Shown: positions 23,221 to 36,923 of the stretch, piece by piece
How positions within the stretch are numbered: position 1 is the stretch's first letter
Layout of the letters: the number at the start of each line of letters is the position of its first letter
From: Amoebophrya sp. A120
Lineage: Eukaryota > Protista > Dinoflagellata
Assembly: GCA_905178155.1 (NCBI GenBank)
Contig: CAJINV010000003.1
Coordinates: forward strand, 3,047,714-3,111,713
Length of the DNA stretch: 64,000 nt
Direction: 5' to 3'
The notes under the pieces: model-generated
Told to the model about the DNA's origin: nothing
What the model saw: the letters and a program-made list of their open reading frames with translations, nothing else
The model's database searches: none
Position numbers and translations under genes: made by a program

Positions 23221-26200
23221 TCAGTCTTCTTCGAGAAACTTTTTTACCAGCGGGAATTCGTCCAAATACTGCGCAATAACACTTTTCATACGTGGATCGG
23301 TTTTCAGTCGGTTGGGATCCTTCACCGCGCGTTTCTCCGTCGGTCCCTTCGCCGCGATGGCCTGAAACTCCTCCGCCAAGGTGCGCACGGGCGCGGGCGC
23401 AGCCGGCGCAGGTGCGGTCGTGGGGGGTACGACTGCTTCCGGAGCAGCCGGAGCTGTGATTATTTTGGAGCAGAAAACTCACTTGTGGAAGTGTAGCTTG
23501 CTTCTTCAGGAGAGACACGTCTATTATGTCACTCAGAAACGGTTCGATCACTCGAAAGTGAAACTCGATAGTAGACGGAAGCTCAACATATCATAAACAA
23601 GCAATGCTGAAAATATAAACGAACAAAGCATCAGTACCGGCAGTGGCGGACGGGGGAGCCGCTGCAGCAGCCGCGGCTGGGTTTGCTGGCGGTGGGGGTG
23701 GAGCCTGCTGCTGTTGTTGTTGATTGGCCATGAAGCTGGCAATAAACTGCGCATCCACGAGCGCTTTCATTTCCGAGTTGTGTTGGTTCCCGAGCGCGAG
23801 TTGCTTGGCCTTCGCCGTTTTGTCGCGCCGATAGTACTGACCGTAATGCGCGTCGCTCGTCCAGTAATCTTCGGCCTGCTGGGATTCCAAAGCCTCATTC
23901 ATACGCTGCTTTTTTCTCACAGCGAGGTTCTGCTCCAGCATTGTTTGCTTGTGGCGGTCCACCGAGGAATCGAATAACCTGATTGAAGACAACAAATTGG
24001 AAAAATCATTTTCGTCACCACAGCATGCGTGGCACAAACTAAGCAAAAGTCAAAGGACACAGACCAGAATATCCCTACGTGCGTCTACGTTTAGCGATCA
24101 TGCATCGGTGCACCTAGCAAATGGAAGTGATCATACTATTTCATTTCAGGTATTGTTTTATAGTATACCACTCCGACTCGCCCGCGAGCGACTTTTCCAA
24201 GATTGCGAAGCGCTGCCATTCCTCTGAGAGCTCGAGCTTCTCCACGGAGGCCAAGATCTGCTGGCACAACTGTCGACCCCCGGTCTTGGCGTGTTGCGCT
24301 TGCAACGCGTGCTGCCGGTCCGGCGATGTGACGCTGATATCGAAAATTCTGGCCGGGGGCGGTGTGGTCAAGCTTCCGCCGCGGTGGTAGTTCTCGGCGA
24401 CGAACGCCGCGTCTGGATTCGTTTCCGAGAGTAGCAATGGCGTGCTGGTAGAAGTTGGCGCTCCTGCAGCGGCTGGGAATGAAGCAGTGATGAACTCCAG
24501 CAGTTTTGGCGCCTCGGTGGTAAACCAGGAGCGCGGCACAGCATCGTGCTGGGTCGACGTTGAAGTTGTATCTTCCGAATTATTGGCAAGCTGCTGGTAT
24601 CCCGCATCCACCCACGCGGAGTTCGCCTCTGGGGATAAGAGTGCGTGGAGTGCCGCGGGCGCGGCGGCGCCCAGTACTCGCGAAGTCTCGAACCCAAAGG
24701 CGCGCGCGTCCCGAGCGGTTCGGGCGCACAACTCCGCCAGATCGCGGACCGTGCGCGTGACGCTGGCGAAGCCCTCCTCCGTCTCGGAGGAAACAGCGGC
24801 AACCTCCGAAGCAAACTTGGTGAGGAACGAATCTAGCTTGAAGGCGGGATTCAAGAGGTAGGTGGTTTTGTTCTTCTTTTTCGTCGGCGAAAGCTCCTCT
24901 TGCGAGAACAGCAGTTTCGTCGTACCGAGTTCATCGGGCTGGTACAGAATGGGGAACAGGTACCGTTCCGAAGCGTACAGGCGCAACAACAATGCCATCC
25001 CGTTCTCCACCAGCTCGTGCGAACTTTTGGCTTGCTCGAACACCTGCGTACAAATGGATTTGCTCAGACTGCGGACCGCCACACTGGGGAGCGAAGGCAC
25101 TTGGGGGTCGATATAGAAGAACCGCTTCCGCGTCCGCATGTCCACCCTATTACCGCTGCCAGAAAGAGCGCCGTCCACACTTGGCACTGAAGCGATCGAA
25201 TCTTTGCTCGGCGGCTTTGCACCACCCTCGGTGCTGTTTCTGTTCCCGCTGAGGAGTTGGTTCATCATAGCAATGTTCTGGGCGGTCTCGTCACTCAACG
25301 CAAGGGTGGTGGGCTTCGAGTCGACGCTCCCTTGGAATGCTGTTGATACACCCCCGGTGTTCATCTTCATCTTCTCTTCCTCAAGTTGTCCCATGCTTAA
25401 GGACGTTCGGTAAGTCCCACCCATCACCAGCGGTAACAAGATGCGGAAGACAATGTCCACGAGGGGCTCCAGACCCTGCGCCTCGTGCTTGTTGCACAGG
25501 TGCAGCAGCCGCACTCCTACCGCCTCCAGAATCTGACCGGCTTCCTGCTGCAAAACCCCCTCGACGGACAACTCGACACAGCGGGCGAGTACCAGCAGCT
25601 GCCGTCCCACCGCTTGGAGCGGCCGTTTGAAGGAGGCGTGGATCACGTTCTTGTCGTGCGCGGTTTTGGGCTTGTCCGCTTGTAGTTCCCCGATGCGGTT
25701 TTCCGCTTCGGTCAAGAGGTCGGTGGTCAGCTTCAAGGCGGCCCGGAGCCACTTGACGTGGCAGTCCCGGTGGAGCTTGACGAGTGCGTGCGCGGCGAGT
25801 ACGTGGAGCAGCGGTGTGGACGACAGGCTCAAGCACACGGTATGGTAGCTCATCTCGCACAAGTCCAGCACATTCAGCTCCGTAAACCGATTGTCCTCCT
25901 CTAGTACGGTCCGCGTGTGTCGCCTCCGCGATTGCTCGTTCTCGTCGGTCAAACCGATCGGGATCTCGACCCGGTCGGTGCCGGGGAGCTGGGTCACGCA
26001 GTTCAGCAGCGACCGCTCCTGTGCCGGTTGGGAAATCGACACGTGCGGAAACAGAGCGTCGCCGTTCAGGTCCACCTGACGAGTGGTCGTGAGATGATCC
26101 CTAGTTGTACTCCGGCCACCGCGGCTGCCGGCCTGCACGAAACCTCCGTTCGCAGCAGTGTTGAAGGAGCTCCTGCTGCCATTGGCGAAAGGCGCCGGGC

Positions 26201-29200
26201 TGCAGAAGACGTGCGGCACGCGATTGAGGACGGGGTCGATGTCGGTCCGAAAGGAGAGCCCGGTCGGCGTACTGAGGTGCTTCACGAGGTCTTGGTTCAC
26301 GAGCTTTTTGTCGTTCTTTCCCCTTTTCACGATCTCCGCGTCCTCGACAAACGGCTCGGTCTCGCGGAGCTGCGAGACGTTCTCCATCTTCCACACGGTT
26401 CGCAGTCGATCCGCAACCGGGCGGCAGGCCGCGGCCGCCAGATGCGGCGTGTTCGCCGGGCCATCCAGCACCAGGTCCAGCTCCAGGTACCGCAGCTTCG
26501 TGGTGCCGAACAGCTCCTTCTCACAGGCACCCAGGGTGACAAACACCAAGAGCCCCGCCGTGTAGTTCTGCGGCAGGGAAGTGGCGAACTCGATGGTGCG
26601 GGGGAGGAGATTGTGCACGCCCACGGCGGAAAGCCGCACGAAGTTGCGGGCCCAGGCGTGGAACACTTGCGTCAGGGCCCCGACTGCGCGCGAAGCAGCG
26701 CGGTACAGCGGCGAGCGCCTTACACCGTGGACCTGGAAGAAATTTCCACCGCACAACCGAGACGTGAGCAGAAACAGCGACTTCCACAAGTCTTCCGACT
26801 GGTACTTCGGCAGAAACGAAACCGCAGCGAGCACGTGCGCGAGCGTCCGACAGACGGCTTCTGCTAGAAGCAGATATCGTTCTTGAATTTCGTAGCACTC
26901 CTCGGCAAAGAGCAGGTCTTCTGTCTGCAGCGCGGCGGCCTCCAAATTCAACCCCAGCCCGCCGGCGCACTTCACCAACGTGCAGTGCACGACGCGCTGG
27001 AACTTGTTGAATATTTCCTGCGGTTGATTGTGCGTGTTGCGAAACCGATCACTCAAGGCCTCGCGCTCGTTCCTCGACGGGTTAATATTGTGGCGGACGC
27101 TCTCGTCGCCGGCCCAGTGCAGTTCCCTCTTGTCGTCGGCCACGGAAGCTTGTTGCACCGCGTCCGCCAGAAACAGATCGATGCAGAACTTCGGATTCTG
27201 CCCGGTTCTGTGCGCAAGGTACCACCAAGCGAGCAGCGGCACCTCGCTCAACAAACTCGCCGACGGCAACTGCTCCAGTTTCGCCGCGCTCGGACCTCCT
27301 GGGGCCGCGGTGCCAGCACCTGGGGCGCCGGTAGCAGTTCCAGCGGCAGCTGATGTTCCGCCACTACCTTTCGCATCGGCAGCAACAGCGGCGGCTGAAT
27401 CCGGATACTGCACTTCAACAATGTCCACGCTCTTGCAGCGGTGCGCCGCGAACCCGAGCTGCTTAAGGCACTTCTTGAAGTAGTGGTGCGTATCGGTGGA
27501 CGTGAGCCGCTTGAAATCCCAGTCATAGAGGGGCGTGGTAGAATTGTCGTTCAAAGTTGTGGCGCTCTGCGCTTGCGCGGCTGCCTCCCCGGGCGCCACG
27601 CCGCCAAATTGTTCCACGTGGGAGAGCACCGACTCCGCGCGGGGGTATTCCGTGTCGCGACGAAACACGTGCAGCTGGGTTTGCAACTCGGCCACCTGTT
27701 GGTCAAAAAAGCTGTCCATCTCCCGCCGGCCGCCTTGCACCATCACCCGCAGCTTCTCCGTCTGCTCTTGCTCGGCGCTCTCGACGTCCAGCCGAGGGTG
27801 GTGGGTGATGTTCTGCTGCAGCAGAGATGCGATTTGCAGGATGTTTCTCCCATACCGCTGCGCGCACTGCAGAATCAGCACTTCGTCATCCTCCGCGGCG
27901 GCCGGTGCAGAAGACACGAGGAAACGGTGCAGAAGAGCGGTGAGAAACCGCGGCAGCGGAAAAAACGTTCGCTCGGGCGCCTTTTGCACCGCCTCCACCG
28001 ACTCCTCCAGGCAGTCTAACAAAACCTGGAACGGGCTGGCGTTCGGATTGCTGCTGTAGGACAATTGCTGCCCCGGAGCAGGTCTGCTCGTGTGACTACT
28101 ACTACCCCCGAGCATCGCGGCACGAAAGACCACAAATCTCCCGAGCGGAAAAGCGGCGGCGTCGTGCAGCAGCTTCGCCAGTTGCGCGAGCTTTTTGGAG
28201 TGAAGCACGTTGCGGTTGCTATTTGCCTCCTCGACAAATTTCTGCATCACCAGTTCCGCGAAGCCATGTGCGGCAACCAGCAGTGGTAAACTCCGCACCA
28301 GCCGCTGTGACTGCACGGACCACGTGGCAGCCACAGAACCGTGTTCCTCTTCCTCGCTGTCCTTCGGTAGGAACACCTCAGCGAATAATGGTAGCTCGTC
28401 CACCGAGGTCTCGAGAAGCCGCTGCAGCTGGTCCGCGGTTTTCAGCTCCGGCGTACTCAGTGCTCCCCGCAGCGAGGAGGACTGCTCGTGAAGCGCTAGC
28501 GCCGTTGCGCCACCGCGACAGGTAAGCAGCAGGTAAATCACCCGCGCGGTCGCGACCGGGTTCACGAAGTATGCGCGCTGTAACAAAGACGGAAAGGCGA
28601 ATTCACGCAAGAGGAACTGCACGGCATCCGGTACGCTCCGCCTCTCTACTGCGGTTTTTTGGCCAGACGATGTTGACCAGGAGGAGGATACCACCTCCGT
28701 ACTGCCCTCGCGCGCCTGCTTGAAAAAACTCGTTACGTGGGCCAGCACATCCAGGAGGTTTTTAAGCGCGGCCGCACGAGCCTTCGTTCTTGCTGAGAGC
28801 TGCGCGCTTTCTTGTTGTGTCGTCGTCGTGTCGGTTCTTGTTGTACCACTTTCATCCACTTCCGCGAGCGCAACTTCGAGCTGGTGGAGCGCCTTCCACA
28901 CCTTCACGCGACTTTCGAACTGTGACCTCGGGTAGTAGCCCCAAAGAAACTCCTCATCGTGGTCGGACGCTGGCAGAAGTGTGGGAACGCTCTTTGCGCG
29001 GTCGTCGTGCCATCGCGCAAACACCGCAACAACGTTTTTGTTCTGCAGCAGCCGCTCCAGCAACACTTTCTTCTTGAAATTTCCGTGATTGCGAAACTCC
29101 ACGTGCGTAAATGCTAGTCGCGCGGCCGCCTTCGCAATTTGATGTTGTGTCCCCCCGTCGCTATCGGCGCCCGAGGAACAACTGCCGGCCCGTCCTAGGT

Positions 29201-30544
29201 CGGTCACGTACGCGCTGTTGTTATGTGCGGGTACTACGAGACCGGCACCCGCGTTATTTGCGGCGCGCATGATTCGTCTTCGCTTCCTGCCGCGCAGGTG
29301 TCCGGCGCCCTGACTGCACCTTGTGATGGTGGACCGGTGGGCGTTGCTCATGACCGGCAGAAAGAGGGAATCCTTGCAGAGATTCTCCGCAAACCTCGGA
29401 TCTTTTGCGAGCACATTGGCCATGAACTCCAGAACGATCGCTTGGTCCGCACGATTTCTGAGAATCTGCGTCCACAGGATCTTGGCGCAGGCGCGTTGCA
29501 GGTCGGGTTTACGTTCGAGAAAGCAAAACCCCGCATCTGGTATACTTTCCAAAGCCCCGGATGCGAGAGCAGTGGTGACGTCCGCAGGTAGGAAATCTTT
29601 GCTCTTTTCGCCCTTGAGCAAAAAATTGCAGACCGGAAGCACGCCCGCGAGGCCGGTCTCCAGCAGCCGCTGCAGACAGCTGCTGACGGTCGCTTCCGTG
29701 TGCTTCACCTTGGCTGGATCCGGCCCGGAGACAGCTTCCACGGGTCGGAACAAGGCAGCGTCGGGCAGGGCCCACTCGGCCCCGGCGAAGAACTGGCTGT
29801 TCCCGGAGGACGGTTCCACGTCGAGCCCCTCCGGCGGTAACGGTTGCCGGAGACACTTGTACTGCAGTTTCGGCTTGCGGTCCTCGTAGCTCATCGACTT
29901 GCGGTTCAGCGGCACGGCGAAGATCATCAACGACAACTTCGTGAACTCGCCTTGCAACACTAGGGAATCGACCTCCACCTTCCTCCCGGGACATGTGTAC
30001 ACAATGCCCACGTCACCTGCCGGGTTCCGATTCGTTGTTGGATTTCAAAAATTAATAGAATGCGCAACATCAACATCAAACAATTGTCAGGGCACCACTT
30101 ATTCGCCGTGTTCTTGTTCTCGATAGATACAGCTCGAGGAAACAAACCGCACACTGTGCAAAAAAAAACATGATTAGTACCCTTGCCCCCTTTCCCGCGG
30201 TACCCGGTCGGCGCAGGCGCGGCGCTTTGCTTACCTTCGAGTGCGGTGAAGAGGCTGCCGTGGCTGGCTGGGTTTTTCTTCTGCTTGGGTGACCCGCCTA
30301 CCCGAGCATTTTGCGTTTGCTCGGGCGGGGTGTCCTCCTTCACCCATATTTGCAACCGGTTTGGCTTCACGAGGGGGTGCGTTTGCCCAACAAACTCGAT
30401 GCCGCGGTCGAGCACAGAGTCGTTCCGATTTAGAATTACTATCTTTTTCAGCAGCACAACTTGGTCGAACCGTATCTGGCGGGTGTGCTGCGACATCCCG
30501 CCCTCCACGAGGTGGGACTTGTAAATACATTCCGCCTCGGCCAT
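23221..30544 (-). CDS. Virilizer/VIRMA-like large protein (VIR_N-like N-terminus), about 4 exons
   Basis: HTRQIRFDQVVLLKKIVIL...GQTHP...EVDSLVLQGEFTKLSLMIFA resembles VIR_N. A ~1950-aa helical exon follows. GT-AG introns near 30018-30180 and at 23454-23637. Last exon ends FPLVKKFLEED*. Confidence 0.65.
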
Positions 30545-31222
30545 CTTTTGTGGTGTGCTCAGGGTCAGGAGCAGGGCATCAAATGAAAATGTTTAGTAGT
30601 TACACCGAAAAAACGACCCAGCGAAACTGGACGTCGCGGCACCGGGGCTGGTCCTCGCATGGTTATAGATTTGGTATAATTGGCTCATGATGCTTCGAAT
30701 CTTCCCTACTTGTGAAAAACATTCTCCATATTGGGTGTTGTTTTCGCAAGGAAAAAAGAGGTTGTGGTTCTCGTGTCGCTGAAAAAGTATTTAACAAAAA
30801 AAAGCTTTGTAAGTCAAAAAAAGATTTGAATCTTGCTTAGTCGTGTGAGAAAAGACAAGCTTACGCATCTATTCATACATACTAAAAGGAGAAAATGCAA
30901 TGAATGCCATGGCGATCCTCCATGTCGTGGTGGTTTGTGCAAACTGAAGTCGTTTGATCGTCAAACAGCGCACTGGGCTGAAAAAGCCAGTGAAGCATTG
31001 TATTGACCTGTTGATCGTTTCGCATAAAATCAGCAATGATCCTTTCCGAGCGGTGAGATCCCTGAAGCACAAAAGGAACTGTCTACTTGAACACTGACGC
31101 ATTTCCGGGCTTCGTTAGGGCGCAAATCAGTTCGTGTCGAATTGAATATACTGTTGTGCGCAAACAGCTTCGTTTTCGTTCGTTCAGGTCGCGTCGCAAA
31201 CACCATCAAGTGTTGTATCAGT

Positions 31223-31840
31223 TCACTTTGCTTTCGCTGGTTTCTCCGTCTTCATAGTCTTCATATTTTTTGCACTACTCCCACTTGTTTCCGCCACGCT
31301 TGCCACCTGCGGTTGCGCAGTAAACGCCGGCGCTTTTGGGTTCTTCTCCTTAAATCTTCGCAGCGCATCCGCGTACGTTGCACTCACGTGATCGCACATG
31401 TCTTGAATGTTTTCCAAGGCTGTTGTGATTTTGATTTTTTTGTATGCATAAGTCAAAAGGAACGCATAATTCGTGGTAAAGACGGAGTCACGACTCATGT
31501 CAGAAGAATTGAACTACGCAGTGTGCAAGTCAAAATGCGTGGTTAACATCAGCTGACTTGACAGACACGACGAAACACGGTATTGCTTGCAAAAGAAACA
31601 TATTCCGTTACCTTGTTCCATGCAGTCGTCTGGTGATACGTTGTTTTTGCTCTGGACCCACACATTCATGACCTCCTCGGAAGGATGCGGAATGTTGTAT
31701 CCCGCCCCCTCCACGTCGACGTGCTGCATCAAGGCATACCTTAACACGTTCCCCAGGGTATGGTCCTCATTCCGGAAGGCGTAGGTCCTTACCTGCGTCG
31801 AAGAGCTGCTGGCTGTCGTTGTTGTACTGGCTACGGTCAT
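31223..31840 (-). CDS. POLR1D: RNA polymerase I/III subunit AC19 (RPB11/RpoL family)
   Basis: EDHTLGNVLRYAL...AGYNIPHPSE signature. GT-AG intron 31420-31611 joins to ALENIQDMCDHV. Confidence 0.9.
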
Positions 31841-32921
31841 CGTGGCTGGAATTGAATATTAGTACTTATCTACTTACCTCAGCAGAGAAGAGATATGAGT
31901 ACGACAGTATTATGTATGAAGCCGTGTAGTGTGTTTTTAAAAACAAAGAAGTGCGGTGAAAGGACAAACTGTAATCTAAGATGATAGAGCTTTCTTACTA
32001 CGAGAAGACACTTCAAGCCTCTGCTGGTTTCGCAAACCCACTAACGATGTGATCTGGCTGTTCATCTGGGCGCAGAAGTAATGTTGGATCTATTCAAGTC
32101 GTGACTGCATGCAGCACCCGCCGTGCTGAAAGACCATTGACCTTGGATCTACTAGATCATTCATCACAGAGGATCCTAGAAATACTCCCATTCTCCACGA
32201 TGAGCAAGAAGAATATTTGTGGATCCACGATTTATCGCGAAGGGAGATCTTCAGAGTACGCTCGTCTGATCCATTGGTGCTGTGATCTGTTTTCGTTTTC
32301 TCTGCTTTATCATCATTCGTTTACTCTCATCGAAAACCTTTTTCGTTCCAAGTGCTTCTCGGTGCTGGTGCTGCGAAGCGTGTGCAATGTAGCGGCAAAC
32401 CATCTCTGTGCACCTCATTATGTTGTGCATTTTTTATTCATCAACATGGTGTGCAGTTTGCTTTTGCTCAGAATGTAAAGAACTGAAAGGTATATTGCTC
32501 GAGCAGGAAACTATAAAACGCGGCTCTAGTAACTTCACACTGACTGGTTGTCAGTCTGTCAGAAAAATTGAAACATTTCTAGCGCAGTGCGTAGCGCCGA
32601 ATTTAGAGAAAGTAGATTTGTCGATCGAATTCAGACGCCTTTGGCAACCAGAATATTCTCGGTATCAGCATTGGCATTGCATTGCAAGCCCCTGTGACAG
32701 CTGCCACAGACATATTGATGCTCCATTGCATAATCACTGCTGTAGAAATACTAAATCCAAATAGAGTTCATAGAAAAAGACGAAGTCGAATTCGACTGCA
32801 GGTATTTCTTGAATCATTTTCACTGGCACTAAACTGGGCAGCTTGACTTGCAAACGACATCAAAAAAACAAAAACATCTAACACAAAAAAAATGAATGAA
32901 CCTGTGCCCGCGTGCTGGTGG

Positions 32922-35327
32922 CTAAAAGTTACTTGCTCTGAACACGTCTCGCGCGAGCCTCTGCCCCTGCAACGGTTTCGGGGCTAGCAATTGTTTCCCG
33001 TCGAACACAGGCGAGAAAAAAAGGGCTGCCAGATGAACTTCATCAGAATAGGCGTTGACGATCAAATTTCCGCTCTGGTGCCAGGGATTCATGACCAACA
33101 GGATATCCTCGCACCACTGCGGAACGCGCCTGTGCAACCACGAGCGGACGTGTCCAACCGTTGGGCCCTCCCGGACAAACCGCTCTGTGGTATCGATTTT
33201 TTTTTTACAATAAATTTGATACTGCTCAAAATCGTGGCGCTTGCACCAAATGAAAATCATAGAGTAAAAGAATATGGCACTCGGATCAATAAAACCGTGA
33301 TAAATATGTAAAAAGGCTTTTGTCTCCGTACTTTCTATGGCTGAATGCGGGACGACCACCATCTGGAACGTGTAGCCGGTTTCGTTTGCCACGGTAACGC
33401 TATCTCCCGAAACGTCTCGCAGAAACAAGGTCCACTTTCTGCGCCACTCCTCTGGGACCGGTTCGCCATCCAAGTAGAACGCGGGCGCTGTCCCCTCCAC
33501 CGTGGGCGGCAGAAGGGGCTTCATGACCCCACTACCAGTCCGGCGAGCCAAGGGAGCGTTTTTGCGCCGTAAAAACGACGTCTTATGGGTAGGAGCGAGG
33601 GAAGAAGTGTCGCGAGAAGAAGTGGCTGTACCCGGTCCGGCTGTGCTGGCATCGTGCGCATTGGCAGGGGTAGATTGCAAATAAGGGTCGCATTCCTCAC
33701 CTCGACCTGGTTGACCGGCCCTGGCGTTCCCATCTTGTGGTCCACACTGTCGGAGGACAGAGAGCACGGGCTCCCGGTTTGCGAAACTGGTACTCGAGCT
33801 CCAATGGGTTTTGCTGTGATGTTGAGCAAGATTTTCCCGTACTCCGCCAGACGTTCCAAGCGAGTGCTCCGCAAATGCCGGCGCCGCTGGCTCTACTTGC
33901 GGTACTCCGGTAGGCTGGGGAAGAACGTCTGTTAAGACAGTCAGCGAGTCACTGATTGCCTGGAAAAGCTCGAGCCACTTCGACCCCATATCTTCGGGAT
34001 GCACCTGCGCTGTTTCGGGCTGACCAGGTGATGCGAAAGCCGCGTCAGCCGCGGGCACTGAAGGGTCGCACCCGGCGGAAAAGCCGGATTGATACTGTGC
34101 AGCCGCTTGGGCTTGCTGCATCTGCTGGATTGGGTGACTGGAGTACCCTAACACATGCGGAAAGTCAGCTTGTCCCAACGGTTTGAAATCTGGAGTTCGG
34201 CTGCCGCTAGTCTCTCCACGACTAGCGTCAGCACTTGGAGAAGATGGCACTCCACCCGCATGATCCCAGATGAAGCCAGCGTTTTCAGTGGACAAGAACG
34301 CCTTGAACTTCGGCACACTTTCTTGATCGTGCGGGCGACCGCCCGCATGATCCCAGAAGCCCGCGTTTACATCGGACAAAAACGGCTTGAACTCTGGCAC
34401 GCCTTCTTGTCCCGGTACGGGGGAAAGAGCCTCCGTTTGGGAAGCGGCATCCCGTGAACCCGCACTGCGTCCGCGCACCATAGCGCCCTGCTCGACAGTG
34501 TTGGGGTCGCTCGCTTCCGCTTCTTGTCCGTGAAAAAATTGGCCGAAAATCGACCGCGGCGCCGGCGTCTGTGGAAGATATGGAGCGTCAAAATACTGAT
34601 AGTTGGCTTCTGGACCGCTTCTTGCAGCAGATACCCCGACGGGCCAGTGCTGGTTCCCTCCGACATAGTACAACCGCTGCTCCTCCTGCGGGGGCTGCTC
34701 CTCGGCGACATCTTCCACATTCGGCGGCGGATCTGCTACTGCATCCCCGTCTCGCCCTGGTACGGCAAACAGATCATTCCCAAGATCCGACAACGTGCGC
34801 TCAAACACCGGCCCGCAATACGCACTCTCTGATGGCTCTTCGCTACCGGGGTCGCGGGCAAGAAAACCGTCTTCGTCCGCTCTACCGTGAAGCGGTGTGG
34901 ACTCGACGTACTCGACGTTATCGGGAAGACTCGAAAAACTTGTATCGCGGCTGCTCTGACCGCCACCAAGTTCAAATAAAATCCCTGCGGACCCGCAGCT
35001 TTTAATCCCGCGGCGCTGCGTTCCAGCTGTAGTTTGGCGACTAAACGCGCTCGAAGGCGAGTACCGAGCCGCCGTCTCATAGAAATCTTCGTACAAGTCG
35101 GGGTCGCACAAGAGACTACCCTTCTTGTCCGAGGTTGCTGAAGCCGTTCGAAGAGGGCCAACGACATAGTTTAAAAAAGCGTAGCTCCGCAAGATGAGTA
35201 ACATCGTGACAAAGCATCTACTTTTCAGTGTGTATTGATCTCTGTGACAATATGGCAACCACAATCTGAAGGCGACAAGATCAAGAAATAACTGAGACCC
35301 TCGCTGCCTCGCAGCGCCCGCGAACAA
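32922..35327 (-). CDS. Hypothetical, largely disordered protein (~760-800 aa); true start uncertain
   Basis: Long ORF with an internal repeat (VPEFKPFLSDVNAGFWDHAGG / VPKFKAFLSTENAGFIWDHAGG). Confidence 0.7.
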   Translation of the reverse strand: MFAGAARQRGSQLFLDLVAFRLWLPYCHRDQYTLKSRCFVTMLLILRSYAFLNYVVGPLRTASATSDKKGSLLCDPDLYEDFYETAARYSPSSAFSRQTTAGTQRRGIKSCGSAGILFELGGGQSSRDTSFSSLPDNVEYVESTPLHGRADEDGFLARDPGSEEPSESAYCGPVFERTLSDLGNDLFAVPGRDGDAVADPPPNVEDVAEEQPPQEEQRLYYVGGNQHWPVGVSAARSGPEANYQYFDAPYLPQTPAPRSIFGQFFHGQEAEASDPNTVEQGAMVRGRSAGSRDAASQTEALSPVPGQEGVPEFKPFLSDVNAGFWDHAGGRPHDQESVPKFKAFLSTENAGFIWDHAGGVPSSPSADASRGETSGSRTPDFKPLGQADFPHVLGYSSHPIQQMQQAQAAAQYQSGFSAGCDPSVPAADAAFASPGQPETAQVHPEDMGSKWLELFQAISDSLTVLTDVLPQPTGVPQVEPAAPAFAEHSLGTSGGVRENLAQHHSKTHWSSSTSFANREPVLSVLRQCGPQDGNARAGQPGRGEECDPYLQSTPANAHDASTAGPGTATSSRDTSSLAPTHKTSFLRRKNAPLARRTGSGVMKPLLPPTVEGTAPAFYLDGEPVPEEWRRKWTLFLRDVSGDSVTVANETGYTFQMVVVPHSAIESTETKAFLHIYHGFIDPSAIFFYSMIFIWCKRHDFEQYQIYCKKKIDTTERFVREGPTVGHVRSWLHRRVPQWCEDILLVMNPWHQSGNLIVNAYSDEVHLAALFFSPVFDGKQLLAPKPLQGQRLARDVFRASNF

Positions 35328-35411
35328 CTTTTCCTTCCTGCGTCGCCAAAGACACGTTGTACATCACGAGAATATTACAACAAGCATCTCGCTTTTTTCG
35401 GAAGCTTGCAT

Positions 35412-36923
35412 CTATTCACTGCTGTCATCTTTTTCCATTACTACTACCAATCGGGACATGGCTCTGGATCGACATGAAGATTCGGTGGCGCTGAGGAGTC
35501 GCAGTCCTGAAGATCGAAACTGAAAATGGATTCCGTTAATATCATTTTTGTCGATTGTATTCAAGAGATTCCACATTGCGTGCGTGTATTCTGCTGCACC
35601 CCAGAAACCTAGGTGCTGCTGGCAGGGAAAGATCGGAAACAGAAACACCACCCGGCCGTGGTGTGGTAAAAGTTGCTTCGCGTGCCGGAACAAATGCTGG
35701 GCGTGGTTCAACGCCTTCTGGAGTAGCTCCTCGCCGCTGTGGTCCTGGATGTAACACTTATTCTGGTAGTTAATGATCTTCCCCGGCGCTGGCGAGATGA
35801 CCCCGCTGCATTCGTCGATGTCCACCGCAGAGGTTCGGTGACGTTGGTCGGTCTGTTCACACACCGCTGCGAAGCGTCTCGCACGCCAGTCGCCCTCCCG
35901 CAGCCCGAACGGCGGGTCGGACACGATGGCACTGCAGCGCCGGAGCAGTCCAGTGTGGCTTGCGTTGGCTCGAAAAAATCCGTGTCTGCACCGAGCTGGA
36001 GCACCGTCCGGCTCCAGGTCCGACCCCAATGCAACGTCGATAATAATCCCCGGGAGGCGCAGCAGGCTCCCGCTGCCGCAAAAGGGATCGTATACGAGAT
36101 CCGTGGATGTCACCGCCGCTAGATTCGCCATCAGCAGCGCCAAAGCGGGCCGGACCGCGCACCGAGCAGCGCTCTCGGGTTGCTGGAACTCAGACTTCCA
36201 GATGCTGGCTAATTGGTGCTGCAGTGAGTGAAATCGGAAAAACCCAACTGCTTCCAGCAGATCCATGTTGATTTGCGGATCACAGCTACTCCCATCGTTG
36301 CTGCGAAGAGCCCCGGTCTGTTGCTGTTGTTTTCGCGCTACACCAAGAAAATAACGCACGGCGTTCGAGTTTGTTCCAGTCGTCTGGCATCGTTCTACCA
36401 CGCAGCGCTGCAGATCACAAGGTCTACGTAGCTCCGCGGCTGTTGCAGGAACCTGATGTTCACGCACAACGCGAAGGCGCAGTAGTTCCAGCATACGCTT
36501 TCTGTTCGCACATCCTAGTGGTATCCCGGAATGCTCCTCGCTGAAGTGTAGCGCCACCTGGTAGAAAAGGCAGCCACGACCACGCTGCCCGAAACCATCA
36601 ACCCCGTCCAAAACCCGAAGCAAGTCGGCGCTAACTAACCGCGCCCCGATCTGGTCCGCCGCTGCGTCCGAGAGCGCGAACTTGTAGCGCCACGTCGTGA
36701 GGTTACGGGCAAGCGACTCCGCATGGTCTTGGATGATTCTTTCGTATCCCCTCGCGGTACAAAAGCAGCGGCAAAGGGATAGAAATTCGATCACGGCATG
36801 ATTTCGGTACTCTACGCCGATCCCTGGCGGGGCGGTAATTCGCGACCCGTCCGAGCGCTGAACTAGGAGATACTGTCCAGTCCGTTCGCTAAGGCCGTCG
36901 ACGGAATGTGTCGTGTCTTCCAT
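35412..36923 (-). CDS. TRM11-like SAM-dependent RNA methyltransferase
   Basis: LALLMANLA...DLVYDPFCGSGSLL (motif I) and AIVSDPPFGLRE (DPPY-type motif IV). Confidence 0.8.
   Translation of the reverse strand: MEDTTHSVDGLSERTGQYLLVQRSDGSRITAPPGIGVEYRNHAVIEFLSLCRCFCTARGYERIIQDHAESLARNLTTWRYKFALSDAAADQIGARLVSADLLRVLDGVDGFGQRGRGCLFYQVALHFSEEHSGIPLGCANRKRMLELLRLRVVREHQVPATAAELRRPCDLQRCVVERCQTTGTNSNAVRYFLGVARKQQQQTGALRSNDGSSCDPQINMDLLEAVGFFRFHSLQHQLASIWKSEFQQPESAARCAVRPALALLMANLAAVTSTDLVYDPFCGSGSLLRLPGIIIDVALGSDLEPDGAPARCRHGFFRANASHTGLLRRCSAIVSDPPFGLREGDWRARRFAAVCEQTDQRHRTSAVDIDECSGVISPAPGKIINYQNKCYIQDHSGEELLQKALNHAQHLFRHAKQLLPHHGRVVFLFPIFPCQQHLGFWGAAEYTHAMWNLLNTIDKNDINGIHFQFRSSGLRLLSATESSCRSRAMSRLVVVMEKDDSSE

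Noticed and set aside
24368-30126. Many plus-strand and alternative-frame ORFs overlapping long genes
   Set aside because: Shadow ORFs of GC-rich minus-strand coding sequence.
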